Positions 37,970 through 47,865 of a DNA stretch of 61,346 bases are shown in pieces. The stretch comes from a virus (Duplodnaviria; Caudoviricetes), in IMG/VR virus record IMGVR_UViG_3300049629_000715, positions 1-61,346 of that record, one strand, 5' to 3'. Below the pieces are notes generated by a model that searched no databases, was not told the origin of the DNA, and saw only the letters and a program-made list of their open reading frames with translations. The position numbers and the translations under genes are program-made. Every line of letters starts with the position of its first letter. Position 1 is the stretch's first letter.

Positions 37970-38302
37970 ATGAACAGCAAATCACTATCAGTTGAGAAAA
38001 AACCAGAACCAGAAACAATCGAAGTGGAATTCGTCAAAGACGATCCCGCCGCATACAACAAACTTGAACTTGAAAAGGCAAAGGAATTGATCGGCGGACT
38101 TCTTGAGGAAAACTGGACTGGAATTCAGAAAGCGATCCACGAAAATCCAGAGGGCAAAACAACAGTATCCTTCAACTTATACTTGAATCACACATCAGCC
38201 GATGGGCGATATGTGAAAGCTAAACTCGCGTATAATTTGAAGGCAAAATCCGAGACCGCCGAGGTCTTTGTTGGAAACCCAAATCAACCAGAAATGTTCT
38301 GA
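37970..38302 (+). CDS. Hypothetical protein
   Basis: 110-aa ORF ending QPEMF. Confidence 0.65.
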   Translation: MNSKSLSVEKKPEPETIEVEFVKDDPAAYNKLELEKAKELIGGLLEENWTGIQKAIHENPEGKTTVSFNLYLNHTSADGRYVKAKLAYNLKAKSETAEVFVGNPNQPEMF

Positions 38303-38742
38303 TGGAAACGGCTACCATTGCGTTCTGCATCCCAATATCTCCAATGTCATTACAAATGGCCGGAAAGCGATTGCAGATACGCAATGGCAAGCCGATATTC
38401 TTCAAAACATCGAAGGCTTCAAATTACCAGAAATTCATCCACCTCTATTCTCAACGCTATCTTCCGTCTGCGCCGTGGGATTGCGCGATAAAATTAGAGG
38501 TGGATTATTTCTTGGAACGGCCAATGCGCTTGAATACTAAAAAAACATCGCCTTGCGCCATCCTGCACACAAAGCGTCCTGACTTGGATAATTTGCAAAA
38601 AGGAACGCAGGACGCTCTTAAAAATTTTTGGGTCGATGATTCCCAAATAGCCAGTTTAAGCATACGGAAATTTTATGTTGAAGCTGGCGGAAAACCATCA
38701 ATAAAAGTAAAGATCAGCAAACTTGAATCAATAAATGAATAA
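38302..38742 (+). CDS. rusA: RusA-like Holliday junction resolvase
   Basis: KRPDLDNLQKGTQDAL…WVDDSQI. Confidence 0.9.
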   Translation: METATIAFCIPISPMSLQMAGKRLQIRNGKPIFFKTSKASNYQKFIHLYSQRYLPSAPWDCAIKLEVDYFLERPMRLNTKKTSPCAILHTKRPDLDNLQKGTQDALKNFWVDDSQIASLSIRKFYVEAGGKPSIKVKISKLESINE

Positions 38743-39064
38743 ATACCAAGAAGAACTATGTTTCGATAAACCAACAACAAAACTCGGCCAAGCATTCGAA
38801 AAATACCACGCAGAAAACCCGAATGTGTATCAGGCACTTGTTGATTTAGCTCGAAAAGCTCGAAGATACCGACCTGATCGTGTGATCGGAATTCAAATGC
38901 TGTTTGAAGTGTTGCGCTGGAATTATTACACTTCCGTTTATACCACCGAGGAATACAAATTTCCGAATGCGTTTGCGGCTGGTTATTCCCGCCTCATTAT
39001 GAAAAATGAGCCTGATTTGCGGGGGATTTTTCGTATCGCCAAAAGTGAATTTGATGCTGAATAA
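38735..39064 (+). CDS. Conserved phage hypothetical protein
   Basis: FEKYHAENPNVY…FEVLRW…YSRLIM. Confidence 0.7.
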   Translation: MNKYQEELCFDKPTTKLGQAFEKYHAENPNVYQALVDLARKARRYRPDRVIGIQMLFEVLRWNYYTSVYTTEEYKFPNAFAAGYSRLIMKNEPDLRGIFRIAKSEFDAE

Positions 39065-39068
39065 TTCT

Positions 39069-39725
39069 GTGAACTATTACACCTATCACATAGGCGATTA
39101 CCGAACCGCCACGGCTCACCTTTCATTAGAGGAAGACGCCACCTACAAGCGGTTGCTGGATTACCAATACGACAAAGAATGCCCGATTCCCGATGATTCG
39201 GCGGTTATGGCGCGGAGATTGCGAAGCACGGAGAAACTTGTTTCTGATATGCTCGCGGAATTCTTTACGCTTACGGAACAAGGATGGGTCAATCAACGGG
39301 TATGGAATGAAGTTGGCAAACATCAGGAATTCATAGAAAAACAAAAGCATAACGGGAGAAAAGGAGGGAGGATGAAAACCCAAGCCGAACCCACCGCTAA
39401 CCCACCGCAAACCCTCCCAATACCCAATACCCATATCCCAATAGATAAAAAGGCAATCAACTTTGAAAATCTGCCGGAACCTCTCAATACCGAACAATTC
39501 AAAGAAGCGTGGAAGCGGTTCGTGAAATACAGGGCAGAAAGAAAAAAACCAATCTATCAAACATCAATGGAATCAAAATGGAAACAGATGGAATCTTGGG
39601 GTGTTGATTCTGCCATCCAAGCTATCGAAAACACGATTTCAAATGGTTGGCAGGGAGTTTTCCCGCCTCACGGAGAAAAGGCAAAGAAGAAACAGGATTC
39701 GAGTATTTTCAGGGGGTCTTTCTGA
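39069..39725 (+). CDS. Replication initiator (DUF1376/YdaU-like)
   Basis: NYYTYHIGDY…HLSLEE…RLLD; C-terminal I-x-NGWQG-x-F; GTG start at 39069 or ATG at 39054. Confidence 0.85.
   Translation: MNYYTYHIGDYRTATAHLSLEEDATYKRLLDYQYDKECPIPDDSAVMARRLRSTEKLVSDMLAEFFTLTEQGWVNQRVWNEVGKHQEFIEKQKHNGRKGGRMKTQAEPTANPPQTLPIPNTHIPIDKKAINFENLPEPLNTEQFKEAWKRFVKYRAERKKPIYQTSMESKWKQMESWGVDSAIQAIENTISNGWQGVFPPHGEKAKKKQDSSIFRGSF
39374..39445. promoter_or_regulatory. Putative replication origin iterons inside the initiator gene
   Basis: Clustered AACCC-containing repeats in the inter-domain linker, as in lambdoid O-type genes. Confidence 0.6.
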
Positions 39726-40423
39726 TGAATGTTGTAATAAAAAAATGCAAAGAATGCGGGAAGGATTTTGAAACTGAAGAAATTTATATGCCCGAACTAA
39801 ATCGGCGTTTCGTTTTTCAATCCGCTTGTGAGCCGTGTTTGGATCGATTGCTTACAGAACGCGATGTTCAGGAAAAAGAGGCAAAAGCCAAAAAGCGAGA
39901 AGACGATTTTTGGGGAATGGTTCCGGAAATTTACAAGACAACGGACGAAACAAAGATTAACAGCAAGTTGAAACGGGCAATTTACGAATGGAAATTCGGG
40001 CCAAAAGGAATCGGAATCAAAGGGCCATCAGGAACTCAAAAGACAAGATCAGCGGTATTGCTGTTGTATAGGCTCCACAAAGGCGGCAGGGATGTTTTCT
40101 ACCTAAAGGCGACCAAACTCACCCAAAATGCCATTGAAATGTTTTCAGACGACAGGGAGACGAAAAGAAACGCCATTGAGCTTATGTCCAGAGCAACCAA
40201 ATGTCAGGTCTTGCTTCTTGATGATGTCGGGAAAGGAAGATTATCACCAGCCGCCGAGGAATCGTTATACACTTTGCTCGACACGCGAACGGAAAACTTG
40301 CTTCCGACAATCTGGACAACCAACGCTGATAGTTCGCAGTTGCACGATATGATGTCCGAGGACAGGGCGGACGCAATCATGCGCCGACTTATCGAATTTT
40401 CAACAATCATCACACTACCATAA
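39725..40423 (+). CDS. DnaC/IstB-like AAA+ helicase loader
   Basis: CKEC…CEPC Zn motif, GPSGTQKT Walker A variant, LLLDDVGK, TIWTTN. Confidence 0.85.
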   Translation: MNVVIKKCKECGKDFETEEIYMPELNRRFVFQSACEPCLDRLLTERDVQEKEAKAKKREDDFWGMVPEIYKTTDETKINSKLKRAIYEWKFGPKGIGIKGPSGTQKTRSAVLLLYRLHKGGRDVFYLKATKLTQNAIEMFSDDRETKRNAIELMSRATKCQVLLLDDVGKGRLSPAAEESLYTLLDTRTENLLPTIWTTNADSSQLHDMMSEDRADAIMRRLIEFSTIITLP

Positions 40424-40425
40424 TT

Positions 40426-40794
40426 ATGAAACCAACAGAAGAATACCTACCATATAGCCAATTCGTTCAAAACCTGTGCAAATCAGGTACGGACATCCTT
40501 TGCCAAATGAAATGCCACGAAGCCCATCTCGTTCACATGGCAATGGGTGTTTCTGGAGAAGCCGGAGAACTTTTGGACGCTATAAAAAAATCCACCATTT
40601 ACAGAAAACCGCTCGACAAAGAAAACATAATCGAAGAATGCGGCGATATTCTGTTTTTTGTTCAGGGAATTCTTAATTACTATTCTTTGGATATCACAGA
40701 TGCGATCTACGAGAATCGCAAGAAACTTTCCTTGCGGTATTCAAAAGGCGAATACAGCAACGAACAAGCGCAACAACGAGCAGACAAACAATAA
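40426..40794 (+). CDS. MazG-like nucleotide pyrophosphohydrolase
   Basis: GVSGEAGELLDAIKK…EECGDILF…NRKKLSLRY. Confidence 0.88.
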   Translation: MKPTEEYLPYSQFVQNLCKSGTDILCQMKCHEAHLVHMAMGVSGEAGELLDAIKKSTIYRKPLDKENIIEECGDILFFVQGILNYYSLDITDAIYENRKKLSLRYSKGEYSNEQAQQRADKQ

Positions 40795-40796
40795 AT

Positions 40797-41030
40797 ATGT
40801 ATATCATTATTAGAATCAAACAATACGATGGCGAAAAAGGGAAATATTGGGGTGTGGATCACGGTCACGGATTTCCTTCTGTTCTGCACGAACGATACGA
40901 TGAAACAACAGAAGAAGCCTCTCGTTTAGCAAAGCAAAATCCTGACTGCCATTTTGCGATTTTTGAATACGACACAGCCGCAATTTGTAAAATGCAACCT
41001 CCAATTTGGATCGAGAAAGAAGACCTATGA
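40797..41030 (+). CDS. Hypothetical protein
   Basis: EEASRLAKQNP…FAIFE motif. Confidence 0.65.
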   Translation: MYIIIRIKQYDGEKGKYWGVDHGHGFPSVLHERYDETTEEASRLAKQNPDCHFAIFEYDTAAICKMQPPIWIEKEDL

Positions 41031-42142
41031 GATTTCACATTCTTGGATTACCGCATACTGTTACGAATAAAGAATTTGTTGCGTGCGCTTATACGCAGAA
41101 AGTTCTGAAATTTGGGAAAATGATGAAAGACCTCGGACACGAGATCATTCATTACGGCCACGAAGATTCAGAGCTTATGTGCGACGAGCATGTCACAGTT
41201 CTGACCAACGACGATTTCCAGAAAAGTTATGGTTCCCACGACTGGAAAAAAACCTTTTTCAAGTTTGATACTGGCGACCATGCGTATCAAACCTTCTACG
41301 CCAACGCGATTCGGGAAATTGCAAAGCGAAAACAACCGAACGATTTTCTTCTTCCATTTTGGGGATCAGGAGTCAGAGCAATTTGTGACGCTCACGGCGA
41401 CATGATCGTTGTAGAACCGGGAATCGGATACGCTGGAGGACATTGGGCGCGGTGGAAAATTTTTGAATCCTACGCGATTTATCACGCTTATTGCGGATTA
41501 GAGTCTGTAGGAACTTGCCGCCAAGATTGGTATGAAGTTGTTATTCCGAACTATTTCGACCCCAAGGATTTTGAATACAATGAAAACAAAGGCGATTACT
41601 ATCTTTATCTTGGCCGAGTTTATGGCGGCAAAGGATGCGAAATCGCATTTCAAGCGGCAAAGCTGGCAAATGTTAAATTGATCGTCGCCGGACAAATTGA
41701 ACAAGGCTACAATCTGCCAGACCATGTGGAATATGTCGGCTACGCCGATTCAGAAAAAAGAAAAAACCTGATGAGCAACGCCAAGGCATCTTTCATCCCT
41801 TCGCAATACATTGAGCCGTTCGGAGGAGTTCAAGTTGAAAACCTTTTCTGCGGGACTCCAACGATAACAACTGACTGGGGAAGTTTCGCGGAAAACAATC
41901 TTCACGGAGTCACCGGATACAGATGCCGAACGATGGGGGATTTTGTTAGAGCGGTTCAACTAATTGAATCAGGAATGATAAAATCAAAAAATTGTCGCCT
42001 ATGGGCTGAAAACTTCTCTTTGGAGAGAGTTGGCAGGCTTTATGAGAAGTATTTTAAGGATGTTCTGGATGTTTATACTGGCAAAGGCTGGTATGCAGAT
42101 TGCAATGGTTTAACTCCTTTGATGAAAACATATCCGTATTGA
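41027..42142 (+). CDS. GT-B (GT4-like) glycosyltransferase
   Basis: YLGRV…KG, EPFGGVQVE…GTPTITTD…HGVTGY. Confidence 0.9.
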   Translation: MRFHILGLPHTVTNKEFVACAYTQKVLKFGKMMKDLGHEIIHYGHEDSELMCDEHVTVLTNDDFQKSYGSHDWKKTFFKFDTGDHAYQTFYANAIREIAKRKQPNDFLLPFWGSGVRAICDAHGDMIVVEPGIGYAGGHWARWKIFESYAIYHAYCGLESVGTCRQDWYEVVIPNYFDPKDFEYNENKGDYYLYLGRVYGGKGCEIAFQAAKLANVKLIVAGQIEQGYNLPDHVEYVGYADSEKRKNLMSNAKASFIPSQYIEPFGGVQVENLFCGTPTITTDWGSFAENNLHGVTGYRCRTMGDFVRAVQLIESGMIKSKNCRLWAENFSLERVGRLYEKYFKDVLDVYTGKGWYADCNGLTPLMKTYPY

Positions 42143-42148
42143 TAAAAT

Positions 42149-42730
42149 ATGAAATTTGATTTTGTTGATATCGGAACAAGCGATTTTGATCTCGGATATG
42201 GTTCAGTTGGCTTGCAGTCGAGCCATCTTCTTATTGAACCCGTCAGCTACTACCTTAACAGGATTCCTGAAGCGGAAGGAGTTGTGAAAATAAATGCGGC
42301 AATATCTGATCGTGACGGAGAAGGGGATGTGTATTATTTAAGCGAGGAAACAATCGCAGAATTAAAATTGCCTTTTTGGGTCAGAGGTTGCAATCGGATT
42401 AGCAGTCCGCATCCGACATTGGTAAAAATACTAAATGGTCAAGATGCGTGGAGCATTCAAAAAATTAGAACGATAAAATTTTCAACGCTGATTCAGGAAT
42501 TGAAAATTGAGGCCATCGGGAGCTTGAAAATCGACACAGAAGGACTTGATCATATTGTCTTGAGTGGCGTTGCTGATTGCATCGATTCAGGACTATCGGT
42601 TGATCGCGTAATGTGCGAGTGGGTTCCTGCTTTCGGAAACACAGAACAACTTAAAGAACTATGTTTCAGATTGTGGAATTATTTCCCGAAACAAGAATTA
42701 AAAGGCGAAGACATTTATCTGACAAAATGA
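42149..42730 (+). CDS. FkbM-like methyltransferase
   Basis: FVDIGTSDFD, IEPV, NAAIS and LKIDTEG motifs. Confidence 0.8.
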   Translation: MKFDFVDIGTSDFDLGYGSVGLQSSHLLIEPVSYYLNRIPEAEGVVKINAAISDRDGEGDVYYLSEETIAELKLPFWVRGCNRISSPHPTLVKILNGQDAWSIQKIRTIKFSTLIQELKIEAIGSLKIDTEGLDHIVLSGVADCIDSGLSVDRVMCEWVPAFGNTEQLKELCFRLWNYFPKQELKGEDIYLTK

Positions 42731-43632
42731 AAAATATATTATTCTTTACTCAAAATCGATGGGCCTTTGGATCGTTACATCACGGACTCGCAAAGGAGTT
42801 ATGGAAACATGGCATCTACGCGAATCTTTTGGATTGGACAGTCGAATACAGCCAAGAGGAATTCAAACTTCTCCGAGATTCATACGATGTTTTCGTAACG
42901 ATGCCGGATGCCGTTCTTGCTCTCCATTACAAATATGGCGTAGAACTGGAACGCATTGTTGCCGTAGCTCACGGGCAATGGGACATCCTTCTCGCCAAAC
43001 AACAAGCCGATCAAGACTTCTACCCGAAGCTGAAAGGTTTCGGGGTCATTAGCAATATATTGAAAAGAAAATGTGATGAATGGCAAATCTCAAGGATTCC
43101 TGATGTCGTAGAACTCGGGATTCACACAAAGACTTATCGTTTCCAATTGCCGGAATCTTTGGGTGTTGTTGGATACGCAGGATCAGGAGAAACAAGGAAT
43201 TGGTATGGTGAGGAAATTAAAAGGCCAAATCTGGCTGAACAATCAGTTCTCGGAATTGAAGGATTAACCTTCAAGAAGCATCAGTTCTACAACCATCTTT
43301 GTATGCCCGGATATTACAAAAGCGTGGATGCTGTAATAATGTCCTCAATAGAAGAAGCAGGAGGACTCCCAATGATGGAGTGTGCCGCCGCTGGCCGATT
43401 GCCGCTCGGAACTCCTGTGGGCTATTTTGAAGAGAATGCACCGCAAGGCGGAGGCATCCTTTTACCTCTTGATGAAGCGGCATTTGTTCAAGAGGCCCAA
43501 GTGCAGTTGAATTTCTATCAGAAAAATAAGATGCAATTTATCGGTAGATGCAAAGAAATAAAAGAATATGCGCTTGAAAATTACGATTGGCGTGTGAAGA
43601 TTGCGCCATGGATCAAGCTATTTTGTGAGTGA
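42727..43632 (+). CDS. GT-B glycosyltransferase
   Basis: MSSIEEAGGLPMMECAAAG…GTPVG…NYDW. Confidence 0.8.
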   Translation: MKNILFFTQNRWAFGSLHHGLAKELWKHGIYANLLDWTVEYSQEEFKLLRDSYDVFVTMPDAVLALHYKYGVELERIVAVAHGQWDILLAKQQADQDFYPKLKGFGVISNILKRKCDEWQISRIPDVVELGIHTKTYRFQLPESLGVVGYAGSGETRNWYGEEIKRPNLAEQSVLGIEGLTFKKHQFYNHLCMPGYYKSVDAVIMSSIEEAGGLPMMECAAAGRLPLGTPVGYFEENAPQGGGILLPLDEAAFVQEAQVQLNFYQKNKMQFIGRCKEIKEYALENYDWRVKIAPWIKLFCE

Positions 43633-43936
43633 AAAGATTAACAGCGAAGAGGCGTTTTTACTGCGTGAGTTTTTCTGCGAAATGATCGCCATAGCCTTAT
43701 ATGACGCAACAGATAATACAAAATATAAAAGTATATATAAACAGCAGGAGATTGATAGGGATAAAAGATTAGCATTAAAATGGATTGCAGGAGACAAAAA
43801 TTCCCCTTTTCCTTTTGAAGAAGTTTGTCATGCTGTCGGAATAGAACCGCAACCAATAATTGATATAATAAATAATGAGGAAAGATTATCCAAAGTGGAC
43901 ATGCGAGCCGTGCGCGATGATTCACAGTTCGAATAA
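43625..43936 (+). CDS. Hypothetical protein
   Basis: ALKWI…FPFEEVCHAVGIEP motif. Confidence 0.6.
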   Translation: MSEKINSEEAFLLREFFCEMIAIALYDATDNTKYKSIYKQQEIDRDKRLALKWIAGDKNSPFPFEEVCHAVGIEPQPIIDIINNEERLSKVDMRAVRDDSQFE

Positions 43937-44058
43937 AAAAAAATCAGTCATTTGCTGGCATTACGGAAAGTGTGATGTCTGCCAAAAAAACGCAGTTGTA
44001 ACCGAACCAAGAGACTTCGGGCATTTTCCGAACTGGTTCAAAAAAGGAAAATAAATAA

Positions 44059-44376
44059 ATGAGCGACACACCAGAGACAGATCACCTTGAAGACCAGCTT
44101 GGAAGCGCGGCAAGGTTTTCTCATCCGATTATATGGAGGCACGCACGGCAATTGGAACGCGAGCGCGACGAGGCGAGGAAAGAAGCAGAAGAACAGGCGA
44201 GATTGCTCGGAATGAGCGCACAGCGTGAATCCGATCTTCTCGGGAAACTCGAAAGAATCAAAAGAGCCGCTGAAAATGTTATACTTCAATGGGATTCGCC
44301 ATCATGGAAACTCACAGAACCAACAGCAGGCGTCATATATCGCTTGCGTGACGCTTTAGAAATGGAAAGCCAATGA
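44059..44376 (+). CDS. Coiled-coil hypothetical protein (SDTPETD…ARQLERERDEAR)
   Basis: ORF with (TAAA) leader. Confidence 0.7.
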   Translation: MSDTPETDHLEDQLGSAARFSHPIIWRHARQLERERDEARKEAEEQARLLGMSAQRESDLLGKLERIKRAAENVILQWDSPSWKLTEPTAGVIYRLRDALEMESQ

Positions 44377-44624
44377 ACCTGCTCGAAAAAGCATCCAACT
44401 TCGCCAAAAGCGCACTCATATTCGTAAAAGCAGGAATGCCGTGCAACGATGAGCCGGAAATAGCCAGACGCTTACGCATTTGCTCGGACTGCGAACATTT
44501 CGATCCCTACGCTTACAAGAATATGGGTGAGTGCCAAATCTGCCATTGCAATATGGAAATCAAAAGCATCATGGCTACCGAATCCTGCCCAAAAGGAAAA
44601 TGGGAAGAATCCCAATATGAGTGA
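44373..44624 (+). CDS. Small Cys-rich Zn-binding protein
   Basis: RRLRICSDCEHF…CQICHC…CPKGKW. Confidence 0.75.
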   Translation: MNLLEKASNFAKSALIFVKAGMPCNDEPEIARRLRICSDCEHFDPYAYKNMGECQICHCNMEIKSIMATESCPKGKWEESQYE

Positions 44625-44898
44625 CATCCCAACAGAACGGGAATGTGACCTCACTGTCGCCGGAACAATCTGCATTCTTACCCTCAAACAACTCCTGTTA
44701 GATTACGAACACCTCGCCGCTAAACACGACATCGTTCCCTCTCCCGTTCTGCATAATGTCATCGACTCTTCGATTGACGAAATGGTAAAAATTTTCAAGA
44801 CCAGCACCATCCTAAACGAAATATTTATCGGCATGGTTATGGAGACAGTCAGAGACCGACAAACCAACGGAAACACACCATCAATTCACGCGAATTGA
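44617..44898 (+). CDS. Hypothetical protein
   Basis: Start MSDIPTER at 44617. Confidence 0.55.
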   Translation: MSDIPTERECDLTVAGTICILTLKQLLLDYEHLAAKHDIVPSPVLHNVIDSSIDEMVKIFKTSTILNEIFIGMVMETVRDRQTNGNTPSIHAN

Positions 44899-44939
44899 AC
44901 GCGAATACAGGGGATACATAAGGGGATTTTGGGTGAACA

Positions 44940-44982
44940 TGTCAAGAAAATAATTGACAGACCCGAAAACAATAGATAACCT
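44940..44982 (+). promoter_or_regulatory. Sigma70-like promoter with TGTCAA/TTGACA inverted repeat upstream of the packaging genes
   Basis: TTGACA(44954)-N17-TAACCT, with TGTCAA 8 nt upstream. Confidence 0.55.
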
Positions 44983-45053
44983 TTTGAATAAACCAATCTT
45001 GTTAGATCATACATCACAAGAATTTATCAATAATATCGGTGAACAATCAATAA

Positions 45054-45383
45054 GTGAACTTGAAAAGAAAAAAACCTCTGCGCTCTAGAGCGACATTCAA
45101 GAAGCGAACGCGCATAAGACTCGTATCCGAAGCTCACGGGAAGAAATTGCTTCAATATCAAATCCTGCGAAGAGAGTTTCTGATGGATAAAAACTACAAA
45201 TGCGAGGTCTGCGGACATGCAGGTGATCAGGTTCATCACAAAGAAGGGCGAGGAAAGAAACTTTGCGCTGTGAATACATTCTTGGCAGTCTGCGCCGGAT
45301 GCCATCGCAGGATTCATGACAATCCTGCTTGGGCGCGAGAGAACGGCTATCTAATCTACAATTTTACCAATGCCACCGCTTAA
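45054..45383 (+). CDS. HNH endonuclease-like protein
   Basis: CEVC…VHHKEGRG…VCAGCHRRIH. Confidence 0.8.
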   Translation: MNLKRKKPLRSRATFKKRTRIRLVSEAHGKKLLQYQILRREFLMDKNYKCEVCGHAGDQVHHKEGRGKKLCAVNTFLAVCAGCHRRIHDNPAWARENGYLIYNFTNATA

Positions 45384-45957
45384 CAACAAGCTTCACGAAA
45401 AGTTTGCATGGCTGGTTGCCGAGGGCGATTCCCATACCGAGGCATACCGGAAGATCATGCCGCATGTCGCCTCGCCTCGCGTTCTTGCTCACAAGGTTTA
45501 TCACAGAGCTGATGTTAAAAGCCGGATTTCAGAAATCCGTCAAGAGGTTGCCACCCGATCCATTCTTTCGATATCGAGGAAGCGGGAAATCTTGCGCCAG
45601 ATGGTTGAAGGCACATTCCCAACCAAGATCGTCCGCAACCCAAATGGCAACATCGTGGCAGTATTCGACCGATTGGCCGCTCTCAATATGGACGCAAAGA
45701 TTGCAGGCGAATTTGCGCCAGAGCGCCATGAGATTATCGCTAACGACCTCCGCCTGACATTCAAAATTAAGGGACGGAATACCAATGCACCAGAGGACAA
45801 CGACATCATAGAGGCTGAAATCGTCGAAAGCCGAACCGATTCCGTTCCCGTCATAGAAGATGCTCCGGAAGATGAAAACTTCGGGACAGACGCAGACCTC
45901 TCGGCATTCGAGAATGCGCCAATCGACCCATCGCAACCGCAAATCGACACGCTTTAA
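45370..45957 (+). CDS. Terminase small subunit
   Basis: LNNKLHEKFA…G…AY N-terminal HTH; directly upstream of the large subunit. Confidence 0.75.
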   Translation: MPPLNNKLHEKFAWLVAEGDSHTEAYRKIMPHVASPRVLAHKVYHRADVKSRISEIRQEVATRSILSISRKREILRQMVEGTFPTKIVRNPNGNIVAVFDRLAALNMDAKIAGEFAPERHEIIANDLRLTFKIKGRNTNAPEDNDIIEAEIVESRTDSVPVIEDAPEDENFGTDADLSAFENAPIDPSQPQIDTL

Positions 45958-47834
45958 TGTCTATCCGACCAACATCACGCACAGTCGAAACGGCAATCAA
46001 CATCGCCACGAAAATACGCAAGGCTGTCGAGTCCGACGAAAAGATGGGAATGCTCTATGGAGCAGAAATCATCTTACGGGAAGGAACAAAGAATCCGCCA
46101 AACGAAATCGAACTGAACGAGAAGTTGTCTCGGCAAATCATTCTGCAGTTCGTGCAGAGCCTTCTAGACAAGGATCAGTTTGAAGCCAGCGCAACGATCT
46201 TATGGGGTCCGGATGTCTATGACTGGCGACCACGATCCAGCCGCGACACATGGCGATACTTATTTGACCACGACTTGGTTTTGGTTCAGGGAGCGGGAGC
46301 CATGGGTAAAACATTCGGTGCGGCGGCATGGTTCTACCTTGATTGGTTCCGTGATCCGTTTTACACCAACATCAAAGTGATCTCGCTGACACGCGAACAC
46401 GCCGAAAGGAACATCTTTGCCAGCATTAAAAACTTTCACCGCATGGCTCTCGTCAAACCGGAATTTCAAAAGGCTGACGAGTTGGTTACCAGCATTCAAG
46501 CATCTTCTGACGCCAAGCAAGGCATCCACCTCGTCGCAATCCCTAAAGGCGAGTCAGGCCACGGAACATTGCGCGGGTTCCATCCGACGCCTCGTTTCAC
46601 TCAACCACACGGAAAATGGGGAAGGCTATCACGAACCCATGTTATTCTTGACGAGGCCGAGGAGGTGCCTGCCGGAGTTTGGGAAGGCGTCAATAACATT
46701 ATATCAACTTCGGATGTCAATGAATGCCGTGGGCGCATCAAAATCTTCGGCGCGAGCAACCCGAAAGACCGCACCAGCGACTTCGGCCAACGCTGTGAGC
46801 CAGTCAACGGATGGGGATCAATAGACTGCGAGGAAGATTTTGAGTGGGAATCCAAGGAGGGCTATCATGTTCTGCGGTTAGATGCCGCAAGATGCGAGAA
46901 TGTTGAACAGCAAAAGATCGTTTTTGCTGGATTGCAGACCTATCAAGGTTTCATGGGATACATGAGCCGTGGGCGCACGGCAGAGGCAATGACGATGGCT
47001 CGCGGATGGTTCCCCGAGGAAGGTCAGGCAATGATGATCATAACGCCTGCCATGATGAACAACGCTCTTGGGAATTTGCGTTTCATTGGCCCTGTTGTTC
47101 CGCTGGCCGCATTCGATCTTGCGTTGGAAGGCAACGATCAAGTGATATGCTCATACGGAAGGTTTGGCCTTTGCGATGGCTGGACAGACCAAGCCGGAAA
47201 GTTCCATGAATTCAAGTCGTCAAGGAATGCTTTACAACTCGATTCGCAGATTCCTTTCCCGAAGAGAGCTACGCTGGAGCAGACGCATGCAATTATCAAA
47301 TTTTGCAAAAGCATGAGGATTAAACCAAACTGGCTGGCTGTTGACCGAACTGGCAACGGATCAGGAATCCATGATTCGCTCTGCACCTTGTTTGGGCAAG
47401 AAGTGATGGGCGTCAACTACTCTTGGGCCGCATCCGAGACCAGAATCCTTGGTGAAGATAGCAAACAAGCCAACGAATTATATAACGGAGTTGTTACCGA
47501 ATTGCTGTTCGGATTAGCGAAATACTTGGAATTTGAATATCTCAAGATTAGTCCGGGGTTTCGCAATGAACAGCTTGTTCGCCAAGCCACAGGCAGACGC
47601 TATAAACAAGTTGGTCAGGGATTGGTCAGGGTCGAGAGCAAAGGAGACTATTGCAAGAGAACCAGATCAAGCAGCCCTGATTCTTTAGATTCACTTGCGA
47701 TCCTCGTTTATTTGATGCGTCAACGCTCCGGTTCAATCGCCACAATGACCGAGGAAAGCAAACGCGAAGCACCTATGGAAAAAAATCAGGAAAGCGTTGT
47801 TGACATGATGCAGTTTGTAGATTTTTCTGATTAG
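45957..47834 (+). CDS. Terminase large subunit
   Basis: GAGAMGKT Walker A, VILDEAEE Walker B, ASNP, FDLALEGND and SPDSLDS nuclease motifs. Confidence 0.9.
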   Translation: MSIRPTSRTVETAINIATKIRKAVESDEKMGMLYGAEIILREGTKNPPNEIELNEKLSRQIILQFVQSLLDKDQFEASATILWGPDVYDWRPRSSRDTWRYLFDHDLVLVQGAGAMGKTFGAAAWFYLDWFRDPFYTNIKVISLTREHAERNIFASIKNFHRMALVKPEFQKADELVTSIQASSDAKQGIHLVAIPKGESGHGTLRGFHPTPRFTQPHGKWGRLSRTHVILDEAEEVPAGVWEGVNNIISTSDVNECRGRIKIFGASNPKDRTSDFGQRCEPVNGWGSIDCEEDFEWESKEGYHVLRLDAARCENVEQQKIVFAGLQTYQGFMGYMSRGRTAEAMTMARGWFPEEGQAMMIITPAMMNNALGNLRFIGPVVPLAAFDLALEGNDQVICSYGRFGLCDGWTDQAGKFHEFKSSRNALQLDSQIPFPKRATLEQTHAIIKFCKSMRIKPNWLAVDRTGNGSGIHDSLCTLFGQEVMGVNYSWAASETRILGEDSKQANELYNGVVTELLFGLAKYLEFEYLKISPGFRNEQLVRQATGRRYKQVGQGLVRVESKGDYCKRTRSSSPDSLDSLAILVYLMRQRSGSIATMTEESKREAPMEKNQESVVDMMQFVDFSD

Positions 47835-47865
47835 CCAATAGATTCCATTTCTTTCAATAAATAAT

